From an uncultured Acidobacteriota bacterium (GTDB taxonomy: Bacteria; Acidobacteriota; UBA6911; RPQK01; JAPXNP01): a stretch of 64,000 nt of DNA. Shown piece after piece: positions 1-9,394 of this stretch. Every line of letters begins with the position of its first letter. Within the stretch, counting starts at the first letter, position 1. The stretch covers positions 416,001 through 480,000 of the forward strand of contig CAVZRV010000011.1 in the NCBI GenBank assembly GCA_963777605.1. Reading direction: 5' to 3'. The position numbers and the translations under genes are program-made. The notes beneath the pieces are model-generated. The model worked only from the letters and a program-made list of their open reading frames with translations. It was not told the origin of the DNA and did no database searches.

Positions 1-1
1 G

Positions 2-130
2 GAAATCGAGGGTCTTCAACTCGATGGTCTGGAAAAAGCGAGTCTGAGAGCACATCCACGACACCGTCACGCAGGCCGCGGTCAGGAGGGCCAGGGCGAA
101 AAATCGCGCTTTTCCTTTTGGGCTGGTCAT
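2..130 (-). CDS. N-terminal part (runs off the window) of a membrane protein, probably CHASE2-domain sensor (e.g. adenylate/guanylate cyclase)
   Basis: Manual translation from ATG at 130: MTSPKGKARFFALALLTAACVTVSWMCSQTRFFQTIELKTLDF. TM helix followed by 'IELKTLDF', like the start of CHASE2 domains. Only 43 codons visible. Confidence 0.5.
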   Translation of the reverse strand, partial: MTSPKGKARFFALALLTAACVTVSWMCSQTRFFQTIELKTLDF

Positions 131-218
131 TAGCAGTTAATTTTTACCACTCTTTGTCGCACAGGAGAATTCCAGCGTACAGAGGCCTTTGTTAGAATTT
201 CACCCGGGGGGCTCTCAA

Positions 219-1343
219 ATGAAACGATTTCTTTGGATAACCATCCTCTGCCTAACTTTTCCGGCAACCGGCCTTTCTCAGTTCGGGAGCCTGACCAAGG
301 TTTTTGACAAGGCCAAGTCGATTTCGGACATGCGCATCAGTGACCAAGACGAGCAAGCGCTCGGCCAAGCCATCAGCGAACGCATCCGGGCCATATACGG
401 AGTGCAGCAGGATGAGGGACCGACCCGCTACGTAACGATGGTGGGACTGGTCCTGGCACAGGAATCGAGTCGTCCAAACCTGGACTGGCAGTTCATCATC
501 CTCGATTCGGACAGCACCAATGCCTTTGCCGCCCCTGGCGGCTACATTCACATCACCCGCGGTGCGCTGGCAATGATGAAGAACGAGTCGGAGCTTGCGG
601 GAGTTCTGGCCCACGAGATTTCGCACGTGGTGGAGAAACACACGATCAAGGGTATCCAGAAGATGAAGGGCATCGAGTTTGCCAGTGACGAGACCTCGAT
701 CACCAGCAACAGCAAGGCTTTCGAGATGCTCACCGAGAAGGCAACCGAGGCGCTTCTGCAGGGTTTCGGTCGGACCGAGGAGCTGGAGGCAGACAAGGAC
801 GGGGTCGAACTGGCTGCTTCCTGCAGGTACGCTCCGTCAGGACTTCCCGACTTCCTGGAAATCCTGAGTTCGCGTTACGAGTCCAGGGAAAGCCGCGCCG
901 GACTCTTTGCTTCCCACCCGGAAACCCGCGAACGCATCGAGAAACTCGATAAGCAGATCAAGAAAGAGAAGCTCGCCCAGGAAGGGAGTGCTGTACTGGC
1001 CGATCGGTTTACCGCTAATATCAAGTACAAGCTGGCGCCTTTTTCCGGAACCGGCGAGGCCGTTGAAGGTGCCATGGGCATGGCCCAGGGTGACTCCGGC
1101 TCGAAAAAAGATGACAAGGATTCGGATAAGAAGAAGGACAGTGGTGGTGGCGCTCTGGCGAAACTGAGAAACCCCTTCGGTTCGGGTAAGAAACAGGATC
1201 GCGCCGAGGTTACCGGCTCGGCTGCCGCCCGCGGAGTGGAAACGGAAGTGGGAACAGAAGCGCCGGGGAATCCGGCTCAGGTAGTGGTCAAGGTTACCGC
1301 TGAAGAACTGGATAAATTCAAGGCCGATGGAGGCTTGGCCTAG
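219..1343 (+). CDS. M48 family zinc metallopeptidase (BepA/YfgC-like), exported
   Basis: Signal peptide MKRFLWITILCLTFPATGLSQ; NAFAAPGG, HEISH zinc motif, ELEAD, ASHP; Lys/Asp/Gly-rich C-terminal tail. Confidence 0.9.
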   Translation: MKRFLWITILCLTFPATGLSQFGSLTKVFDKAKSISDMRISDQDEQALGQAISERIRAIYGVQQDEGPTRYVTMVGLVLAQESSRPNLDWQFIILDSDSTNAFAAPGGYIHITRGALAMMKNESELAGVLAHEISHVVEKHTIKGIQKMKGIEFASDETSITSNSKAFEMLTEKATEALLQGFGRTEELEADKDGVELAASCRYAPSGLPDFLEILSSRYESRESRAGLFASHPETRERIEKLDKQIKKEKLAQEGSAVLADRFTANIKYKLAPFSGTGEAVEGAMGMAQGDSGSKKDDKDSDKKKDSGGGALAKLRNPFGSGKKQDRAEVTGSAAARGVETEVGTEAPGNPAQVVVKVTAEELDKFKADGGLA

Positions 1344-2799
1344 CTTGCAGGTCCCGCTCAGCTATATCGGGATGCTGGGGCCGGTTCTGCTGGCCCTGGC
1401 GCTGATTGTAGTTCGCTCGCTGACCCGAAACCCCTGGATTCGGAAGCGGCTCAGCCTGAGCATCTTCATGCTGCTTGCGGCCTGGGTCGTCAACGTCATT
1501 CTTGAGAACTTCGCGCCGGGCTACACCCTGGAAGGGCTGGAAAAGCTGGCCATGTTCCTGGCCCTGGTGATCGCCGGAGTGGTCCTGCTTTTCAACCAGG
1601 TCTCCGGAGACGCGGTCTCCGAGAAGTTCCCTGCCATCGTCCAGGACGCGCTCGTCATCGGCGTATTCGCGGTCGTTGCGGTTCTGAAAGCCCCCGACAA
1701 ACTGCTGGCCACCTCGGCCGTTGGGGGACTGGTAATCGGGCTTGCCCTCCAGGACACGCTGGGGAACCTGTTCGCGGGCCTTGCGCTCCAGGTCGAGAAA
1801 CCTCTCTTTGTCGGAGACTGGGTTCGTTTGGGTTCGCTCGAGGGCAAGGTCAAGGAAATCACCTGGAGGGCCACGAAGATCCGGACCAAGTCCGGTCACT
1901 TCTGCGTGATTCCGAACACGCTGATTTCCAAGGACATCCTGGTCAATTTCAGCCACCCGTCACCGATCCACCGGGTGGAAAAGACAATTGGTTTTGGCTA
2001 CGAGGCCCACCCCAACCTGGTCAAGAAGGTCGTGCTGGAGACGTGCGCCGACGTCCCTGAAGTACTCAGGACTCCCAAGCCTGACGTCCTTCTGGAAGAG
2101 TACAGTGACTTTTCAATCAACTACCGGTGCCGCTTCTGGATCGACGATTTCGGAATCTCGGAGATCATTCTCGATCGCTTCACGACGCTGCTCTATTATC
2201 GCCTGGAGCGAGCCGGCCTGATCATTCCCTTCCCGATCAGAGACGTCCGCGTCAAGGAACCGGAAGACGCCAAGGCCCGACTCGAGCTTGAAAACAGGAA
2301 GCGATCCGAGTTCGTCTCGAGGCTCGACATTTTCGCGCCCTTGAAGGACGACGAAAGGGCCGAAGTGGCCGGTTGCCTCCGACAGGTCATCTATGCAGCC
2401 GACGAACCGATCATCCGCCAGGGTGACCAGGGAGGCTCCATGTTTCTGATCAACCGGGGTCAGGTTCGAATCACCGTCGAGGAGAAGGGCGCCGTGCATC
2501 AACTGGCAGTTCTCGGCCCTGGACAATACTTCGGTGAGATGGCTCTCCTGACCGGTGAACCCAGGACCGCCTCCGCCATCGCAATGAGCGACTGCCACGT
2601 CTTCGTCATTGAGAAGACTTCTTTTCGGAACGTACTGGTTGATCACCCGGAAATAGCGGAGTCCATTTCCGGGGTGATCGCCGAACGCCGGGCAAATCTC
2701 AAGAGCAAGACGGACGAACTTCGAACTTACCGCGATCTCCAGCACGAGACCCAGCAGTCGATGCTGGGGCGGATTCGCGCATTCTTCGGCCTGGGCTAA
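1327..2799 (+). CDS. MscS-family mechanosensitive channel with C-terminal cyclic-nucleotide-binding domain
   Basis: TM helices, GLALQDTLGNLFAG, VGDWV..G.V.EI.WRAT, IPFP; C-terminal IIRQGDQG..FGEMALLTGEPRTASA (cNMP-binding). Confidence 0.9.
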   Translation: MEAWPSLQVPLSYIGMLGPVLLALALIVVRSLTRNPWIRKRLSLSIFMLLAAWVVNVILENFAPGYTLEGLEKLAMFLALVIAGVVLLFNQVSGDAVSEKFPAIVQDALVIGVFAVVAVLKAPDKLLATSAVGGLVIGLALQDTLGNLFAGLALQVEKPLFVGDWVRLGSLEGKVKEITWRATKIRTKSGHFCVIPNTLISKDILVNFSHPSPIHRVEKTIGFGYEAHPNLVKKVVLETCADVPEVLRTPKPDVLLEEYSDFSINYRCRFWIDDFGISEIILDRFTTLLYYRLERAGLIIPFPIRDVRVKEPEDAKARLELENRKRSEFVSRLDIFAPLKDDERAEVAGCLRQVIYAADEPIIRQGDQGGSMFLINRGQVRITVEEKGAVHQLAVLGPGQYFGEMALLTGEPRTASAIAMSDCHVFVIEKTSFRNVLVDHPEIAESISGVIAERRANLKSKTDELRTYRDLQHETQQSMLGRIRAFFGLG

Positions 2800-3629
2800 A
2801 GCGTTGCCGCCCATCCTTCTTTGGCGGCAATCGTCGCCGGGAAATACTCCCGGGCCTCCCGAACGATCTCCCGCGTAATCCTAAAGTCGTGAGACGGGTC
2901 GTGATGGAACAGGATCAACTGCTTGACCCTGCATTCCTCCGCAACCCGAGTGGCTTCCAACCATGTGCTGTGTCCCCAGTCCCGGTGAGTCTCATACTCT
3001 TCCGGAGTGTACTGGGCATCATAGATGAGGATATCGGCATTCCTGGAATACTCGCGCAAAACCTGATCGAGGCGAGAATGCCCGTGCTCAAGGTCGGTGG
3101 CATAGACGACCACCGCACCTTCCCGCTCGACGCGGTACCCGACTGCCCCCTGGGGGTGGTTCAGAGGGAATGGCAAGATTGTTGTCGAACCAACTACGAC
3201 CGGCTCGGAACCGACTTTCACGAACTCCTTGCAGGCGGCAGCAAGCTCGAGCCCGACCGGGAAATAGGGGGCCTGCATTTGCCCCCCGAGCATTCTCTCG
3301 GGATGGCCCTGTTCCCCGTGCCCATGAAAAACAACCCGGTTCCTCTCGGAGTAGAGAGGAGTGAAGAACGGAATACCCTGGATGTGATCCCAGTGGAAAT
3401 GGGTCAGAAAGACCTTCAAATCGAGGGCTTCCTCAGGAAACTCACGGCTCAGGAGGAGACCCAGGTCGCGAATCCCGGTACCACCGTCAAAAATCAGCGC
3501 TTCACCCGAGGGAACCCGGATCTCTACGCAGGCTGTGTTCCCACCGAACTCCAGGTTTTCCGACTGGGGTGTCGGGATCGATCCCCGGACTCCCCAGAAC
3601 CGAACTCGCATGCGGAAGTCACCAAGCAT
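2796..3629 (-). CDS. MBL-fold metallo-hydrolase (phosphodiesterase-like)
   Basis: GVRGSIPTP..FGGNTACVE, DGGTG, THFHWDHIQGIPFF, HPQG, WGHS, FHHDP motifs. Confidence 0.9.
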   Translation of the reverse strand: MLGDFRMRVRFWGVRGSIPTPQSENLEFGGNTACVEIRVPSGEALIFDGGTGIRDLGLLLSREFPEEALDLKVFLTHFHWDHIQGIPFFTPLYSERNRVVFHGHGEQGHPERMLGGQMQAPYFPVGLELAAACKEFVKVGSEPVVVGSTTILPFPLNHPQGAVGYRVEREGAVVVYATDLEHGHSRLDQVLREYSRNADILIYDAQYTPEEYETHRDWGHSTWLEATRVAEECRVKQLILFHHDPSHDFRITREIVREAREYFPATIAAKEGWAATL

Positions 3630-3782
3630 GAGCTACTCCTGATACCACAGCTGCCGATCCCCTGATTAAGGCGGAAATAGACGTCATGAGCCGGACCGTT
3701 GAAGTCGGCTCCGGCGAAATTGAAATGGGTCCAACCCTATGCTAAATTTGCGAGCCTTACTATAGCGCAGAAAGGAGCCCCA

Positions 3783-5876
3783 ATGAAGGTGTTCGACAGC
3801 GAGAAAATCCGCAATATTGCCGTTGTGGGTCATGGTGACACAGGTAAAACCACTTTGGTGAGCGCGGTTCTCTACACCTCCGGAGCCGTTAGCCGAATGG
3901 GTCGCGTTGAGGACGGGACGACAATCACTGATTACGACGAAGACGAGATTGATCGCAAGATTACGATCAACACTGCACTAGCCAACTGCGAATGGAAGGG
4001 CAACAAGATCAATTTGTTGGACACACCGGGTTACCGCGCATTCATCTTGGACGCCAAATCCGCCATGACTGCTGCCGAAACCGCACTGATCGTCATCGAC
4101 GCAGTCTCCGGGGTGGAAGTCCAGACGGAGACAGTCCTGGGATTCGCCAAAGAGTTTTCGGTTCCTCGAGTGGTTGTCATCAACAAGCTCGATCGAGACA
4201 ACGCGAGCTTCGACAGGACGGTCAAGTCTCTCCAGGAGACGTTCGGGCGGGAACTGGTTCCAGTACAGATTCCGCTGGGAGAAGAGAAGGATTTCAAAGG
4301 GGTCGTCGACCTGATCCGAAACCGGGCATTCGTATATGAGTGGGACGGCAACGGTGAGTGCCGGGAGGAGGATATCCCATCAGACCTGGCCGACACCGTT
4401 ACGCAGCGCCGCGAAGAACTGATCGAGATGATCGCCGAGAGTGACGAATCGCTGATGGAGAAGTTCTTCGAAGAGGGGACCCTCTCGGACGAGGAACTGG
4501 TTTCAGGACTGGCCAAGTCGATTCGGGAAAACAAGATTGTGCCGGCTTTCTGCTGTTCAGCGTCTCACAACGTCGGAATTCGCAACCTGCTCGATTCGGT
4601 CTCGAGCGTCTTCCCTTCGCCCCTTGACCGGCGGCCCGTCGTGGCAACGGCAAACCCGGGAGAGCAGGAAAAGATCGAGGTAAAGGTAGACCCGACAGGG
4701 CCGGCAGCAGGTTTCGTGTTCAAGACCCTGGCCGACCCCTTTGCCGGACGGATCAACCTCTTGAAGGTCCACTCCGGTGTGTTCAAGTCGGACACCACTG
4801 TCATGAACGCGTCCTCCGATTCAGAAGAACGCCTGGGCACGCTTCAGGTCTTCCAGGGCAAGAATCACGAGGGCACGCCGGAGGTTCCGGCCGGAGATAT
4901 CTGCGGAGTTTTGAAACTGCGGAGTACTACCACGGGTGACACCCTGGCGGAGTCCGATTTCAAGGCCTCCTTTCTGCGGGTGCATTATCCGGAGCCGTCG
5001 ATCAGCTTCGCAGTGGAACCGGCGTCGCGCGGTGACGAAGACAAGATCGGCTCGGCCGTCGCCCGCATCATGGAGGAGGATGCCTCCCTTCGGTTCACCC
5101 GGGATCCCCAGACCAAGGAATTCCTTCTTTCGGGCACCGGCCAACTGCACATCGAAGTCTCGGTTGCCAAACTTAAGAAGCGGTACGGAGTCGAAGTTCT
5201 ACTCAGAACCCCGAAGGTCCCTTACCGGGAGACCATCACGGGGAACGCCGATGTTCAGGGAAGGCACAAGAAGCAGACCGGTGGTCACGGGCAGTTCGGA
5301 GACTGCAAAATCAAAATGGAGCCGTTGCCGCGGGGTGCTGGCTTCGAGTTCGAAAATACCGTCTTCGGCGGAGCCATCCCGAGGCAGTACATTCCGGCGG
5401 TTGAAAAAGGCATCGTGGACGCCGCTGAGAAGGGTTTCCTGGCCGGCTTTCCCGTAGTCGATTTCAAGGCAATCCTGTACGATGGAAGCTACCATGATGT
5501 TGACTCGTCCGAGATGGCTTTCAAGATCGCCGGTTCACTGGCATTCCGCAAAGGCATGGAACAGGCCAAAGCGGTTCTGCTCGAGCCAGTCATGAATGTT
5601 GAGGTTTACGCTCCTGAGGAAAACGCGGGAGACATCATGGGAGACCTCAATTCCCGGCGCGGACGTATCCAGGGAATGGACATCAAGGGCGGTACCCAGT
5701 TGATCCGGGCACAGGTTCCGCTGGCAGAATTGCTCAACTACCAGCCGGCGTTGACCTCGATGACCAGCGGTCGGGGGAGCTATCACATGGAAGCATCCCA
5801 TTACGACATCGTGCCTCACAATCTCTCGGAAAAGGTTATCGCCGAGGCCAAGAAGGAGGCCGAAGAAGAGCGCTAG
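3783..5876 (+). CDS. fusA: Elongation factor G paralog (EF-G2/FusA-like)
   Basis: IRNIAVVGHGDTGKTT, DTPGY, NKLD, HKKQTGGHGQFG, DGSYHDVDSSEMAF; RBS AAAGGAG upstream of ATG 3783. Confidence 0.9.
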   Translation: MKVFDSEKIRNIAVVGHGDTGKTTLVSAVLYTSGAVSRMGRVEDGTTITDYDEDEIDRKITINTALANCEWKGNKINLLDTPGYRAFILDAKSAMTAAETALIVIDAVSGVEVQTETVLGFAKEFSVPRVVVINKLDRDNASFDRTVKSLQETFGRELVPVQIPLGEEKDFKGVVDLIRNRAFVYEWDGNGECREEDIPSDLADTVTQRREELIEMIAESDESLMEKFFEEGTLSDEELVSGLAKSIRENKIVPAFCCSASHNVGIRNLLDSVSSVFPSPLDRRPVVATANPGEQEKIEVKVDPTGPAAGFVFKTLADPFAGRINLLKVHSGVFKSDTTVMNASSDSEERLGTLQVFQGKNHEGTPEVPAGDICGVLKLRSTTTGDTLAESDFKASFLRVHYPEPSISFAVEPASRGDEDKIGSAVARIMEEDASLRFTRDPQTKEFLLSGTGQLHIEVSVAKLKKRYGVEVLLRTPKVPYRETITGNADVQGRHKKQTGGHGQFGDCKIKMEPLPRGAGFEFENTVFGGAIPRQYIPAVEKGIVDAAEKGFLAGFPVVDFKAILYDGSYHDVDSSEMAFKIAGSLAFRKGMEQAKAVLLEPVMNVEVYAPEENAGDIMGDLNSRRGRIQGMDIKGGTQLIRAQVPLAELLNYQPALTSMTSGRGSYHMEASHYDIVPHNLSEKVIAEAKKEAEEER

Positions 5877-5951
5877 GCAATATTCGAGGGGTGACAGGCT
5901 CGCAGGTTTTGCACTTCACCCCTCGACTTTCCCGCGGCTCTGCACCAGCCG

Positions 5952-6746
5952 ATGTTACCCAAACTGATCGACATCGGGCCCATTCCGATCCACACTTACG
6001 GACTGCTGCTTGCCCTCGCACTTCTGGTCTCCGTAACGCTGGCCGCCCGCCTTGCCGAAGAAGACGGCATCTCCCAGAAGACCACCTGGGACCTGGGATT
6101 TGTGGTCATCATTTCTTCGATCCTGGGAGCCAAGCTTCTTCTGGTTCTGACATCGCTCAGTTACTATATTCAGAACCCGGGACGACTCTTCTCGCTTGAA
6201 TTTCTGCAGGCCGGAGGCGTCTATTACGGAGGTTTGATCGGCGCCGTCGTCGGAAGTTTTCTTTTCATTCGGCGGGTTCCCGGACTTTCGTTTCTCCGGA
6301 TGGCCGATGCGGCCGGCCCCGCAATCCCCCTGGGTCAGGCTATCGGAAGGCTCGGCTGTTTTGCTGCCGGATGCGACTACGGTTGCCCGACCGATCTCCC
6401 GTGGGGAGTCACTTACAGCAGCCAGTACGCCCACAACGTGGTCGGGACACCGCTCGGGATTTCGGTTCACCCCTATCCGCTCTATGAATCCGCAGCAACG
6501 CTGATTCTCTGCCTGATCCTCGTTCGCGCCTATCGAAGACGCTCCTTCCAGGGCCAGATTTTCTGCCTCTACCTGATTGCCTACGGCGTCATCCGGTTCT
6601 TCCTCGAATTCTTCCGGGGCGACTCCGACCGGGGATTCTTGTTCAACGGCCTCCTCTCGACGTCTCAGTTCATCAGCATCTTGATCGTGCCCACCGCCCT
6701 CCTTGCCTACCTCTACCTGAAGAAGCGACAATCGGCCACAAGGTGA
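5952..6746 (+). CDS. lgt: Prolipoprotein diacylglyceryl transferase
   Basis: IHTYG, GG.YYGG, GQAIGRLGCF..GCDYG, HP..LYE, RFFLEFFRGD. Confidence 0.93.
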   Translation: MLPKLIDIGPIPIHTYGLLLALALLVSVTLAARLAEEDGISQKTTWDLGFVVIISSILGAKLLLVLTSLSYYIQNPGRLFSLEFLQAGGVYYGGLIGAVVGSFLFIRRVPGLSFLRMADAAGPAIPLGQAIGRLGCFAAGCDYGCPTDLPWGVTYSSQYAHNVVGTPLGISVHPYPLYESAATLILCLILVRAYRRRSFQGQIFCLYLIAYGVIRFFLEFFRGDSDRGFLFNGLLSTSQFISILIVPTALLAYLYLKKRQSATR

Positions 6747-7672
6747 TTGAGCTCATCACGTTGGAAGTCTCGAGTGAAGCGGAAGGGCTGCGGCTCGATG
6801 TCTTCGTCAGCCAGTCGGTTCCCGACACCACTCGTTCGAAGGTTCGCAAATGGATCGACCAGGGGTTTGTCCGGGTTGACGGGAAGACCCGGAAACCGGG
6901 TTTCGCCCTGAGTCCTGGCCAGACTCTCCAGATCGAACGTCCGCCCGCGGAACCCAGCCACCTGGTCCCGGAAGATCTACCTATCGAGATCATCTACGAA
7001 GACCCGGATCTCCTCGTCGTCAACAAGCCTGCCGGGATGGTGGTTCACCCGGGCGCCGGCAACCGGACCGGCACGCTGGCAAACGCCCTGGCCTTTCACC
7101 TGGAAACACTGAGCCGGAAGGACTCCCTGAGACCCGGCATCGTTCACCGCCTCGACAAAGGGACCTCCGGGATTCTCCTGGTTGCAAAGAACGAAATCAC
7201 TCACGACAGGCTGACCCGCCAGTTCCAGAAACGCCAGGTACACAAGGTTTACCTGGCCCTTCTATACGGAAAGCTGACCCCGGAAAAGGGGGAGATTTCA
7301 GTGCCGATTGGTCGCGATGACCGGTCCCGGACCCGGATCTCAACCCGGAGCAGCCGGCTGCGAAATGCCGCCACCCGGTACGAGGTCATTCGTTACCTGC
7401 CCGGCTTTTCCTTCGTCCGTGCCTTTCCTGTAACCGGGAGAACGCACCAGATCAGGGTTCACTTTCACCACCGGGGACACCCGGTCGTGGGTGACCCCAC
7501 GTACGTCCGGGGAGAGTTCTCCTGGCCCCGCCGACTCGGTCCGGCGTTGAACCGGCTCTTTCTCCATGCAACCCGCATCGAACTCACGCATCCAACCACT
7601 GGAGAAATGCTCGTGTTCGAGGCTCCACTACCCCACGAACTTGCGCACTTGATTGAGACTTTGGGAGAATAA
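6743..7672 (+). CDS. rluD: RluA/RluD-family 23S rRNA pseudouridine synthase
   Basis: N-terminal S4 domain (RLDVFV), VNKPAGMVVHP, RPGIVHRLDKGTSG, TGRTHQIRVH, LFLHA. Confidence 0.9.
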   Translation: MIELITLEVSSEAEGLRLDVFVSQSVPDTTRSKVRKWIDQGFVRVDGKTRKPGFALSPGQTLQIERPPAEPSHLVPEDLPIEIIYEDPDLLVVNKPAGMVVHPGAGNRTGTLANALAFHLETLSRKDSLRPGIVHRLDKGTSGILLVAKNEITHDRLTRQFQKRQVHKVYLALLYGKLTPEKGEISVPIGRDDRSRTRISTRSSRLRNAATRYEVIRYLPGFSFVRAFPVTGRTHQIRVHFHHRGHPVVGDPTYVRGEFSWPRRLGPALNRLFLHATRIELTHPTTGEMLVFEAPLPHELAHLIETLGE

Positions 7673-7679
7673 CGCGCCT

Positions 7680-8600
7680 ATGCAGATGGCAAGATTCGCA
7701 GTCTGCCTCAGCCTCGCCCTGCTCGGGACGATCGGCAGGGTTGCCCCTCAGGACCGGGACGAGCCAATTCGGGTTGAAGTCGAAGCAGTCAACGTACTGA
7801 TCACGGTTACCGATAAAGATACCGGTAAATTCATCAAGGATCTGACCGCGGAGGATTTCGAGATCCTGGAGGACGGCGTCCCCCAAAAGATCACGAACTT
7901 CAGCAGCCAGACCAATCTGCCCCTCACGATCGCACTCTGCGTCGATACCAGTTCGAGTGTCAAGCTGAAGCTGGACTTCGAGAAGGAAGCCGCCCTCGAC
8001 TTCCTTTTCACGATCGTGCGTCCAACCGACCGTGCCCTCCTGGCGGAATTCGACACCGGAGTCACACTGCTGCACGACTACACCTCCAACCCGAATGACC
8101 TGGCCAAGGAAGTCAAGGACCTCCGGGCGGGGGGTGGGACGTCCCTTTTCGACGCAATCTATCTGATCTCGGAGCAGAAGATGCTGTACGAGACCGGCCG
8201 CCGTACCATGGTGATCCTCTCTGACGGAAGCGACCTCACCAGCACGCACACCTTCGAAGAGGCCCTGCGGATGGCCCAGCGGGCCGAAGTGGCCATTTAT
8301 GCTGTCAGCACGACCCATTTCGGCGCGGATGTTGATCACGAAGGGGACAATTCCCTCAAACAGATGACGGACAGCACCGGGGGCCGTGTCTTCTTCCCCT
8401 ACTCATCGACTCAATTCACCAAGGCATTCGGGGAGATCGAGGAAGAGTTGCGCAGCCAGTACAACATCGCCTACGAGCCGGCCTCAAAGCTCCGTAACGG
8501 AGCATTTCGCGAAATTGAAGTCAATGTGAATCACCCCAACGTGCTCGTCCGCCATCGTCAGGGCTACTATGCAGCCATTCCCGGACAGCCGGCACCCTGA
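7680..8600 (+). CDS. Exported VWA-domain protein (VWFA-related, Acidobacterial type)
   Basis: Signal peptide; V..LITVTDK..G.FIKDLT.EDF.I.EDG..Q.I..F; DTSSS MIDAS-like; GGTSLFDAI; LSDG.D; TGGR; ELRSQY; RHRQGYY. Confidence 0.85.
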   Translation: MQMARFAVCLSLALLGTIGRVAPQDRDEPIRVEVEAVNVLITVTDKDTGKFIKDLTAEDFEILEDGVPQKITNFSSQTNLPLTIALCVDTSSSVKLKLDFEKEAALDFLFTIVRPTDRALLAEFDTGVTLLHDYTSNPNDLAKEVKDLRAGGGTSLFDAIYLISEQKMLYETGRRTMVILSDGSDLTSTHTFEEALRMAQRAEVAIYAVSTTHFGADVDHEGDNSLKQMTDSTGGRVFFPYSSTQFTKAFGEIEEELRSQYNIAYEPASKLRNGAFREIEVNVNHPNVLVRHRQGYYAAIPGQPAP

Positions 8601-8769
8601 CCTGGAACTGCGATCTGGGATGAGTTGGATGAACTGGTGAACTGGATGTGTTTGGGTCGGGATTGAGGCGATCGGTGGAGAGCCAGGGGCGCGATTATCG
8701 ACTGGATCCTGGTTCCTGGTCAGGTGCCAGACTTGGATGAGTGATGATCACAGGATCGGCGCCGGGCTG

Positions 8770-8945
8770 GCCCCTGAAGGGGGCCTGTTTCCAGCCCAGG
8801 CATTTGCCTGGGTTCACGGCGCACCCATCAAGAATCTAGCCCTGTAGCGGGGGCTGCACACCTCTCCGGACGAGAGGAATCCGGCGCGACCTTACAGGCC
8901 GCAATCACCGTGACGGAACCCCGGATCCAGGGCAAGCCCTGGGCT
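8770..8945. repeat. REP/REPIN-like cluster of short palindromes
   Basis: GCCCCTGAAGGGGGC, CCCAGGCATTTGCCTGGG, AGCCCTGTAGCGGGGGCT, GCGACCTTACAGGCCGC, CCAGGGCAAGCCCTGGGCT in a non-coding gap between convergent genes. Confidence 0.65.
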
Positions 8946-9177
8946 AAAACCAAGGCGCCGTGGACGTGTGCCGGGGGCCCAGGTTCACCCTTCGAATGGT
9001 ATCCGCAGGGCGGCGGGGCAGACTCGAAGCGCCTGTAACGCGGTACGCGGCCTAGTTTGAGGGCCAAAGAAGCTGAGTGAAGGTGCGCCGGGTGACATCT
9101 CCAGAAGACGTCATCCCGGCGCATGGATTCCGGAATTAGCTTAATTGAGGTCTCGACGACCGGGTCCTCGCCAGGAG

Positions 9178-9339
9178 CTACTTCACAGGCCTGCGAGGTG
9201 TGGAGTGAGTGACCGGAACCCGGCTTGCCTCCAGTTCGTCCAGCCAGGAATCACTGTTCCCGGATTTGCGCAAAGATTGAAACCCGATTCCTGCGGTCAC
9301 TGCAACGGTCACGATAAAGGCGAATATTGTCAAAGTCAT
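9178..9339 (-). CDS. Small single-pass membrane protein (53 aa), hypothetical
   Basis: MTLTIFAFIVTVAVTAGIGFQSLRKSG...: hydrophobic N-terminal helix, basic tail; co-oriented 55 bp after the GT2 gene. Confidence 0.5.
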   Translation of the reverse strand: MTLTIFAFIVTVAVTAGIGFQSLRKSGNSDSWLDELEASRVPVTHSTPRRPVK

Positions 9340-9394
9340 ATCAGTCCATTCCGTTTTGGGCTCTCTCACTTCACTTAGATGGCAGCAAGGGCAA

